Shown here one piece after another: positions 12,203 through 19,574 of a stretch of DNA of 19,574 nt. The position numbers and the translations under genes were made by a program. The stretch is from Caecitellus pseudoparvulus (lineage: Eukaryota > Protista > Bigyra: Bicosoecida): NCBI GenBank assembly GCA_965644315.1, contig CBFFRQ010000102.1, positions 1 to 19,574 on the forward strand, written 5' to 3'. Below the pieces are notes generated by a model. It was given only the letters and a program-made list of their open reading frames with translations. It was not told the DNA's origin and ran no database searches. Positions within the stretch are counted from its first letter, which is position 1; every line of letters starts with the position of its first letter.

Positions 12203-12540
12203 ACTAGTAATTTGCAAGTTCAAAGTGTTTTTTACTAAGTGAGAATCTTGTACTAGTGCGAAGACAATGGAAAAATATCGTGCTAGTGTGAGCATGAGGG
12301 TCAGTGTGCACGCAGTCAGCTGTGCTAGTGTCAAGTCCGTGCTAGTGAAGTGCTTGAAAGCCGCAGAGGCGATGTGAAATACTAGTGTGCTTGGGGTTTG
12401 CCAAAACTGCACATCACCCTGTTCACTAGGGGTGGGTTGTGCGCTAGTGCGTCAGACCTGTCCAAAGCGTCGCTAGTGTGAGCGCGGTAGGCAGGATTCA
12501 CGAGGGCCAGCTGTACTAGTGAGGTGAGCTGTACTAGTGC
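12203..12540 (+). repeat. Left subterminal array, consensus RCTAGTG
   Basis: CTAG starts at 12204, 12253, 12283, 12325, 12342, 12382, 12426, 12444, 12473, 12516 and 12534; 9 of these 11 read RCTAGTG. A CTAA variant lies at 12235. I saw only about five CTAGs while reading the 11.8-kb host gene. Confidence 0.9.
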
Positions 12541-13060
12541 AGCAGCAAGCTCGAGCTGACGTTGTGGGTGGAGCAGACCTCTCTCGTACACACACCAATA
12601 AACACAATGTTGGTGCAGTCTTCGACTCTGTGTGCCATCTTCATCGTTGTCTCACAACTACCACGGCTTTTGTTTGGACCATGATCATGCTATCGGGCTA
12701 GGAAGAGCCCTGCGTCGACTGGTGTGGCGTTTCGCTTCTAACGGGTTCTCCGCGCCTCTCCCATGCGGAACCGGGTAGGACTCCCACCAGGTCCCCGGCC
12801 CCTGGAAAACCTACCATGACTTATGCTTAGGTTTGGCCGGCCCTGGCGCCTTGTGGTGGGCTTGTGCTAGCGGTGTTGGACGGCTTCGCCGTGATGCAAG
12901 TGCCTGGCGCACGCAGCTTCGCAACGTTCGCTGCCACAAGACAGGCTCGGTGCATTGGCATGGATGAAATGTGAGGGAGGCCTGATGAAAGGTGGTCCAT
13001 CCGTGCTGCAGCATGGAACTTCTCTTGTCAGCCAGCGTGTGGCGCAAAGCTCTCACAAGC

Positions 13061-16000
13061 TCAGTGCTGCCGCGCTGTGATGGTCGGCAGCCAGAAGAGA
13101 ACCGGGTCACCATCCGGCTCCTCTGTGTAAGTGTGCCCCTCCACTACTGTGGGGTGAACCACCGCTGGAGCGATGAGAACACTGCCACCCACTGCGTTGG
13201 CTGGGGGGGCGACATCCAGCGGGTTCACGTACTTCCATCCAGCTATACATGCGTGGGCCTCGTCTGGGTGCAAGAATGTCCCCAACAACACCACCTCCTC
13301 AATCGAGGCATCTTTCTCATGGTCCTGGGGTGCATCACCAACAAGAGCAGCGACAGCACGGAACAACCCACTCCCAATGGCTGGCGCGGCTGCCCCTTGT
13401 TGCTGCTCCTCACGCACAACCACGAAAGCGGGGAAGCACAGCGTCGACGTGTTCCCGCCTGGGAAGCACATCAAGACGGTGCTGCACAGCCGTACTTGTC
13501 CCACCATCCTATCTCCAGTACCAACTGTGCTGGAGACGCTCTGCAGCATGGTATTCACGTCCCCTAGAGGTAAGACCCCATCCAGAGACATTCCGGCCAC
13601 GCAGGGCTCCAAGGCTGCGCGGATTGTGCGGGCCAGCCCACTGTCTTCCCTGTCGAGCAGTTGCCAGACAGTGATTGGTGATCGGAGGACCTCGCGAGCC
13701 TTTGTTACAGGGGACAGGTACGGCATCTCTGGCAGCGGGCTGCCTTGCAGCAGGCAAGCAAGCTCTTCCCCAGCCACCTGTGATGAGGCGCTCGTCACCC
13801 ATGCCTCGCTTACCAGCATGTCTCGGCGGATGGATGCGTACGTCAACAACTTTGGCATATTGGCTGCCCCAAACGCAGAGTTGCACAGCTTCCACAGGCG
13901 GATGAGAGCGGGGTGCCGGCCCTCCCCGTTGTCAGTGTCCAGCGCTGCAACTACCCCAAAGCCTGCCACAGCTGCAGGAAGGTGCTGTATCTCGTGGGCC
14001 TTGGGATAGTGTGTGCTGGTGTCGCATGAAAAACTACTCCCTCCGGACTTGGAGGCTGCCTCTTGCACAAGCTCAGCGATCAGCTCCTGCGTGCCAACCA
14101 TCCGAGCTAGCCAAACCTGCATGCCAAGCAGGGCCGCTTCGTCCAGTGTGTCTCGCACATACATGTATGCCTGTACTACCAGTGTACAGTGACACAGCAC
14201 TTGCACCATGGTGTGCAGCTGGGGATCAGCAATAATGTCTTGGTTGTGTCCGACGATGAGTGGCAACCACTGCGCCCTGCTAACGCGCTCGGCCGACCGC
14301 ATCATACCCCCAGCATTCTGCCGCCATGGCAGTGCTCTTCCTCCATCAAGCCGAGTTCCGTTTATGGTCACACCCTTGACGGCCTCCCATCGGCTTTTAA
14401 GGAGTGCTTCCCTCGCAGCAAGTCCTGGACCGACAGTCATCGCAGCTAGGACAAACCTTTCGCAGCGGGCCGCTACAGCCCCCGTGTCGGCCGCGTGGAT
14501 GGGATCTGGAGGCCTCAGGAAGCACAGCCGGGTTCCTAGTACCTTCTCAGCCGCTTCCCACGCGCTGAGTGCCCCTCTGCGATGTCCAGTGGCCGCGGCT
14601 GCCTCATCGCTGCCGGCTCCCTCTCCCCCTACCCTGAGCTGACAGTGTTTCAGCGATGCCAGCGAGGACAGCTGTGGACCGGGGACACAGCGACACTGCA
14701 CGCACCGCCGATGGAGCAAGTCAAACTGATCCCACGCTTCCACCATGTCCGCCGACAGCTGGATAATGCAAGGCATCATCTGCACATACTCCACCAGCTG
14801 CCTCGGGCGACTGTGTGCGGTCACCTGTGACACCCTGTACCCAGCAGACTTCAGTGCAAGGGACTGCTCTGGAGTCACCTCCTTGGGAATGCCGCCCATC
14901 TTCTGGATCGCGAGCAAGGGTTGGAGGACAAGGCTCAAAACCATGGACTGTGCTGCTTGTGCTGTGGCCGCAGCCGAAGTCAGGCCCGCCTCTCGCAGCA
15001 CGTTGTCATCCTTGGGAAGTCTCTTTGGGCTCGGGGGCATGGCGAGCAATGTTGCCCTGTGCGCCTTGCGCATGGAGGCAGCATCCCCCGCAAGCGGCCA
15101 GAGCATCATGGGATACAATGCATGCTTCCCAGCCCCATCAGGGTGCACTTCGTCCATGAAAATGACCAGCGGCATGGATAGCGCCCCGCGCGCCTTGGCG
15201 CGTTCAGCCGCATTGCGCAGGAAGACGCCATTGGATGGATGGCTCCATGTCTGTCCTGCCGCCCCAGCTTCGGATGGACGGAACTGTTTTTCAACGCTGA
15301 CCGGATCTCTGAGGCTACAATGGCCAACCTCGAGGGGGGCAGGGAGCGAGATCTCCCCACCGCCCGGTAGCTGCAAGGCGTCCTTCATGCGTCTCCAATG
15401 CGCTGTCGCCAGCCCGTCTGCAAAGTGGAACTTTTCTTTCACCTTCATGGCAGCGCTATTGTGTGCTGGCAGCTTAAGTGTTGATGGGAACCACTCTGGA
15501 CTGGCGACGCCACCTCCTCGGTGAGGGGCGAAGTCCTCCAGTGGTACTTCGGCAGCCGTGCGTATAAGCACGTCCCACAGTGGCATGGAAGGCACTTCGC
15601 ACTGTCCACCTGCCAGTCCCTTGGGTAAAGGTACAGTGATGGAGATCGGGGAGGGGGTTCCTTCCGCGGCGATCTCCAGCAGCTTGTCGATGCTTGGCAC
15701 CATGGGACACTGTGGAGCTGTGCGATGCTCCTGACGAAGAAGCACCTCAGAAGTCTTGATCGTCTTGTTGTGCTCCTTGATGATCTCCGTCAGCACACTC
15801 TTGCTGGCGTTGAAGCGCAGCAGACACTTGAGTATGGTCCGGCCCATGCCCCCTCCAATGCCTCCACCACTACCCGCACTCTGTGCTGACAGCCGATCAG
15901 CGTGCGCTATGGCTCTGGCGACCAGCTCGGTGTGGCGTGGAGGGATGTGCTTTGCTGCTCCGGGTTGCTTTCGTGGTCCCCCGGTTGGCTGGGGAAGAGC

Positions 16001-16324
16001 TGGCTGTGCCATCTGGGCTTGGACGGTGGCGGCGACAGGCTCAACAACCAAAGCAAAGGGTGACCCCCCCCCTTGTGAGTGCCCGGCTGCCATGCGCTTG
16101 GCACCCACATCATGTTGAGGCCGCGCCGCGGCTTGCTGGTGGCGCTTGCGTTCAAGGCGAGTAGTTCGAGCTTCTGAAGCCAGCCGCTCCTGAACCTCAC
16201 GAAGCCGTTGGACTTGTGCTTCTTTGTACGCCTTCATCCGCCTGCGACGACAATGGACCATATGGCCGCCAAGAGCTCGTTCGTCGTCGAACTCCTTGTT
16301 GCAGAGCTTGCAGCGGGCGCTCAT
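13061..16324 (-). CDS. Plavaka-type (CACTA/CMC-related) DDE transposase with N-terminal zinc finger, 1,087 aa from the first in-frame ATG
   Basis: Motifs occur in the Plavaka/EnSpm order: PLVIFMDEVHPDGAGKHALYPMML (D1 at ~15153); PCIIQLSADMVE...CVQCRC (D2 at ~14748, then CxxC); PPDPIHAADTG (DxxH); YPKAHEIQHLPAAVAGFGVVAALDTDNGEGRH (PKxH...H...FG...ExxH, catalytic E at ~13923). The N-terminus is CKLCNKEFDDERALGGHMVHC followed by a basic RRRRMK. The family call rests on motif recall, not an HMM search. Confidence 0.82.
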   Translation of the reverse strand: MSARCKLCNKEFDDERALGGHMVHCRRRRMKAYKEAQVQRLREVQERLASEARTTRLERKRHQQAAARPQHDVGAKRMAAGHSQGGGSPFALVVEPVAATVQAQMAQPALPQPTGGPRKQPGAAKHIPPRHTELVARAIAHADRLSAQSAGSGGGIGGGMGRTILKCLLRFNASKSVLTEIIKEHNKTIKTSEVLLRQEHRTAPQCPMVPSIDKLLEIAAEGTPSPISITVPLPKGLAGGQCEVPSMPLWDVLIRTAAEVPLEDFAPHRGGGVASPEWFPSTLKLPAHNSAAMKVKEKFHFADGLATAHWRRMKDALQLPGGGEISLPAPLEVGHCSLRDPVSVEKQFRPSEAGAAGQTWSHPSNGVFLRNAAERAKARGALSMPLVIFMDEVHPDGAGKHALYPMMLWPLAGDAASMRKAHRATLLAMPPSPKRLPKDDNVLREAGLTSAAATAQAAQSMVLSLVLQPLLAIQKMGGIPKEVTPEQSLALKSAGYRVSQVTAHSRPRQLVEYVQMMPCIIQLSADMVEAWDQFDLLHRRCVQCRCVPGPQLSSLASLKHCQLRVGGEGAGSDEAAAATGHRRGALSAWEAAEKVLGTRLCFLRPPDPIHAADTGAVAARCERFVLAAMTVGPGLAAREALLKSRWEAVKGVTINGTRLDGGRALPWRQNAGGMMRSAERVSRAQWLPLIVGHNQDIIADPQLHTMVQVLCHCTLVVQAYMYVRDTLDEAALLGMQVWLARMVGTQELIAELVQEAASKSGGSSFSCDTSTHYPKAHEIQHLPAAVAGFGVVAALDTDNGEGRHPALIRLWKLCNSAFGAANMPKLLTYASIRRDMLVSEAWVTSASSQVAGEELACLLQGSPLPEMPYLSPVTKAREVLRSPITVWQLLDREDSGLARTIRAALEPCVAGMSLDGVLPLGDVNTMLQSVSSTVGTGDRMVGQVRLCSTVLMCFPGGNTSTLCFPAFVVVREEQQQGAAAPAIGSGLFRAVAALVGDAPQDHEKDASIEEVVLLGTFLHPDEAHACIAGWKYVNPLDVAPPANAVGGSVLIAPAVVHPTVVEGHTYTEEPDGDPVLFWLPTITARQH

Positions 16325-16615
16325 TCTGAGTCTTCTGTAGCGTGAGGGCACCGGCGGAGTTCCGTTGCTTGCGTTGGCGCCCCTACCGTACGTACGCAAC
16401 GCGCACAGCGAGGCGAGAACGCAACACAATGCCAGGCAGCCGTAGCATCTTCATGTTGGTCGTTGGTGTGTGTTGGGCTGTGGGCATTGAAGGCGCCTTG
16501 CAACCTCGTCCAGTGCATTTCCAGTCTGTCTCGACATTCCACCGTTGCATGTACTTTCAGACCCACCAAGTCCTCAGATACGCTTTTTGTTGCACACCCA
16601 CCCCAACCATTCACC
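16325..16615. promoter_or_regulatory. Putative bidirectional promoter/5' UTR region between the transposase and partner gene
   Basis: 291 bp between head-to-head ATGs (16324 minus, 16616 plus). Inferred from geometry only. Confidence 0.5.
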
Positions 16616-18658
16616 ATGTCACTTCACTTTGATGAAATGGGCTCTGACAGCGAGGATGCAGGGGACACAACGGCAAGTGTCGTGGCTTCGTTAAGTATCG
16701 CCACACCCCTCGAGGCTGCACACCTCTTCAACCGCAGCACGGCTGCCAAAGCTGTGATGGCCGGGAAACGTCGACGGGATGTTGTGCTTTGGGCATCTCA
16801 CCCTGGCAACTGCACTGGGTCCGTCGTTGGGGTGCCTGACGTTCTGGAGGGTAATGGTACGTACTGGTTCGCGCCACAGGATCGACGCCCGTGCAGCGCC
16901 TCCCCACCCCACCCTAGCATCATGTGCAGGTGATGCCAACGCACTCACATGCCTTGATGACAGGGAGCTATTCGGCACAGCTAGGGGCGGTTCTAGTGCT
17001 GCCATTGCGGCTCGTACGTACCTGCTCTGCAGTCACGGTAGCCACAGCGTTCTAACGGCCACTGCTAAGCTTCGTTGGACCGGACCAATCCCGCTCCCCT
17101 TCCCCAGAAGCCTTCGCCGCAAATACAATGGCGAGCTGCAGACCGATCAAGGCACCAAGGCCGCTTGACCTTGCTGAGAAGCTTGAATCGGCGAAGGAGC
17201 TGCTTGAGTCTATTGGCACGCCCAGCGAGAAACGTCTCATCGAGTTGTTGAACGAGGTTTTCGTTTGGAGCGCAAACACCATGTCCCTTGTCCAACTCTC
17301 ACTTGGCCTGGGGCAATTCAGAACTTCACAGGTAGTGGGTATGGTTGGTCCACTAACGCAGAAGCAGGAAGCAAAGAACTCCAAGAAACGTGGAGCTCGT
17401 GGGGGAGACCAGCTGGGTGAACTCTTAGAGCCCGTGGGGGGCGCAGACTCAATCCCATGGCCCCGAAAGTTCAGGGCAGAAGCCCGCCGCATCGTGGTCG
17501 ACCTCATCCTCGAGAACCCTTCGTTCATCTTGGCAGACCCCGAGAACCTGGTAGACACACTACGAGCAGCCATCGAGGCAGTTGAGGCCGAGCAGAACGT
17601 TGCCCGAGAGGTGGCTGGAGCCACAGAGGAAGGGGGAGATGGGGTGCCGGTTGGAGCACAAGCCACGAGCCGGGCTCTAGACGACCCTAGGTTCTCAGCA
17701 CCGTGGAAGTTCAAATGCCTCGAAAACGTGATAGCAGCAGCGAGGAAGGTTTCGATACAGAAGGAGCTTACCGAGCGGGGTGGCGTGCTTTGCGCGCTGA
17801 AGGACATGGCGAAGAGCAGCAAGAGTGCGAGTTACGCCGGGCTGAAGGCCGCCATGAGCAATGTCAGGAGCAAGTGCCGCGCCAAAATCACGAGGTGAGT
17901 GCCCAGAGGACTCCTTCCGAGTCCGTGGAGCGCAGCATAGCAGACTTCTGAGCATTGCGCAGTTCGGAATGCCTAGGAAAGTTCGAACCGTGGCACGAGA
18001 TGCAGAGGAAGTACGAGCCAGTCCATGAGAAGTGCACCGGAGGTGCAAGCATTCAGCTTGACCACGACCCAGCCTTCTTCGAGGTGTCTTCCGAGGACCC
18101 TGAGTACCGCCACAGTTGGGTGCCCAAGGTAAGTATGTGTGTGAGTCTAGACCCGCACAGGTGATGCTGGGCCCGAATGCTCCTTTCTCATGCATTCTCT
18201 TTGTGCCACAGGCTGAGAGGGGCAAAAAAAGGGCTGATCGATCAAGGCACCGCCTGTGCTTGCAGGAAGTCAACGTTGCCCGTGAGGCCATCGTCAATCA
18301 TACCACCATCAAGGCTGTTTTCAAACGCCGGGGATCCGAGGACTCCAGTAGCGGCCCCCGTTTCGACCCCAGCTTCAGGCGTTTGGAAGCGGCGCTCAGT
18401 GGCCCAGAAGATGTGGCAAAAGGGGCCAGGATTGTCTTACGATGGATGGAGGCTGCGTACAACGTTGCTGTCGACTGCTTGAACGTGAAGAACAAGCAGT
18501 GGGTGACTGATTGTGGGGACCTGAGCAGCCTGACCGTTGACGACAAGGTGCGTGCGTGCTGTATGTTGGCCATGCTGTGGACGTCGTTACGCATGAAGCA
18601 CCACGTACAGACGGAGATGGCCGTGCTTACGCACAAAATTGTGTCCAGGATAACCTGA
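16616..18658 (+). CDS. Transposon-borne hypothetical protein (~553 aa, possible TnpA-like partner). Exons 16616-16856, 16930-17013, 17108-17894, 17963-18128, 18212-18547, 18611-18658
   Basis: Five GT-AG introns join ORF fragments 16463.., 16779.., 17128.., 17955.. and 18116.. into one frame of 1,662 nt. Donors are GTACGT, GTACGT, GTGAGT, GTAAGT and GTGCGT; acceptors are TGCAG, TTCCCCAG, GCGCAG, CCACAG and TACAG; lengths are 73, 94, 68, 83 and 63 nt. The last exon is uncertain (alternatives: 18649-18777, or no last intron). Confidence 0.72.
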
Positions 18659-18771
18659 CATGCCCTCCCTCGACCTGGCGCCGAGCCATCCGTGCTGAAG
18701 CTACTTCATTGTTCTTCAGGTTGTCAAGGTGTGTTTCAATGCAATCGATTCACGGCAGACCGAACTTGTTG

Positions 18772-18985
18772 CGCTAGCGAAGAATGTACTACTAGGAAAA
18801 ATGTCCAGCTGGGCGGTGCGCTAGTAGTGCGCTGGGCGGCCCTCCGTACTAGTAGCGCCTCGCCCAGCGAAATTTACTAGTACCGAGCACAACCACCCCC
18901 GCTCACTAGTGTGCCTCTGGGCATGCATTCTCACTAGCATTGCAGTCGCCCCACTCACTTCACTAGCGCAAAATTGAGCTCTAGA
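18772..18985 (-). repeat. Right subterminal array of CTAG-core motifs with 28-29 bp period
   Basis: CTAG starts at 18774, 18792, 18821, 18849, 18877, 18906, 18934, 18963 and 18981. The copies at 18906, 18934 and 18963 read CACTAGY, the reverse complement of the left consensus RCTAGTG. Confidence 0.9.
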
Positions 18986-19021
18986 AAAAAAACACTCTTC
19001 AAACTCTCCTTACAGAGCGCG

Positions 19022-19033
19022 CTCAGGTGACGG
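19022..19033 (-). repeat. Right terminal inverted repeat (followed by candidate TSD CG at 19034-19035)
   Basis: CTCAGGTGACGG, 10/12 inverted match to 12183-12194. Confidence 0.65.
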
Positions 19034-19574
19034 CGGCCTGGGGGGGGTTCGAGCGCTGAGAGAGAGATGCTTGCCCCCTTTTGCACCAGCGAATGCCTTA
19101 GCATGGGCGGCGCCAGCGGCACGTAACCAGCCCGGCAGGCACGTGAGTCTTGTCCTGGGCCTCTTGGGAAGCAGTGGTTCGCCCTGCAATTGGCAAAGAA
19201 GGAAACGATGGCCGAGATTAGATTTGAGGCGGTGCACCATCCGGGAAGGCGGCTCTCTCCGCTGCTTATGTACAGCTCGCACACGCCACTATTCGGTCAA
19301 GATTCGCACCATGGGCCCTGGACGACGGCCAGGTCACAAGTTTCTCACCTCAACTAGCCGTGACTAGAGCGTGGGCCGACACTCACCGATGCCCGCATGA
19401 CACCTTTCATGGATCCCACGCACCCTCATGAAGTACCGCAACACAACATATAGTTCCTCCCTTCACACTTTATGCAATGTCACGGCTGCAGTGCCTTTGA
19501 CCCGTAAACGTGCTGGACCATTGTGCAGTCGAGGTTGCTACGAGACAGGGAGACGAGCAGTCCGCCCTCCGCAC

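Larger units (their letters stand above)
12183..19033. mobile_element. Autonomous-looking Plavaka/CACTA-like (CMC) DNA transposon, 6,851 bp, with two divergent genes
   Basis: Left end cg|CCGTCACTGGAG, right end CTCAGGTGACGG|cg (10/12 inverted match), with CG on both flanks. Further inverted similarity lies inside (GTAA...AGTGTTTTTT..CTA...AAT.TTG..CTAGTG, 12207-12258 versus 18961-19013). Both ends carry dense CTAG arrays, and the element contains an intact DDE transposase ORF. Confidence 0.8.

Noticed and set aside
12202-12210. CACTAGTAA as the canonical CACTA left terminus
   Set aside because: The corresponding right-end position (TTACAGAG) matches poorly and gives no TSD. A better inverted pair with CG flanks lies 19 bp further out.
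12811-13113. 100-aa minus ORF overlapping the transposase end
   Set aside because: No motif and no convincing splice link; probably 3' UTR.
13173-17822. Long ORFs opposite the transposon genes (13173..14009, 14745..15524, 17052..17822)
   Set aside because: Antisense shadows of the transposase and the partner gene.
12540-18770. Fanzor/TnpB or TET/JBP cargo
   Set aside because: No RuvC or zinc-ribbon motifs and no convincing 2OG-Fe(II) dioxygenase motif set were seen in the partner protein or other ORFs.
18772-18985. CRISPR-like array (regular period, unique spacers)
   Set aside because: The repeat core is only 4-7 bp, there are no cas genes, the context is eukaryotic, and the mirror array at the other end fits subterminal binding sites better.
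12183-19033. Helitron interpretation of the CTAG motifs and hairpin
   Set aside because: No Rep/helicase motifs; the element has TIRs and a DDE-type ORF.
19036-19574. Right-flank short ORFs, G8 run and two CTAGs at 19354 and 19364
   Set aside because: No coherent gene model. The CTAGs lack the RCTAGTG context and spacing, so they do not support extending the element.

Overview
GC-rich eukaryotic DNA with short GT-AG introns of 55-95 nt; it looks like a protist or alga, but the taxon cannot be determined. (1) Positions 1-11789 carry one giant minus-strand gene that the ORF track misses because it runs off the left edge without a stop. Two small 5' exons encode a signal peptide and leader, followed by a single stop-free exon of >11.4 kb. 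The product (>=3,880 aa) has many FG-GAP/integrin-alpha-type propeller blades, a Ser/Thr/Pro stalk, beta-rich spacer regions, a CxxC Cys-rich region and at least 5 TM helices. (2) About 390 bp upstream of its ATG lies an apparently intact 6,851-bp DNA transposon (12183-19033). It has short TIRs (CCGTCACnnGAG), a candidate 2-bp CG target-site duplication and phased CTAG-core subterminal arrays at both ends. It encodes a minus-strand Plavaka/CACTA-like (CMC) DDE transposase with an N-terminal zinc finger and a divergent 6-exon partner gene (~553 aa) of a family I do not recognise. Nearly all ORFs listed in 1-11500 are shadow ORFs of the giant gene.
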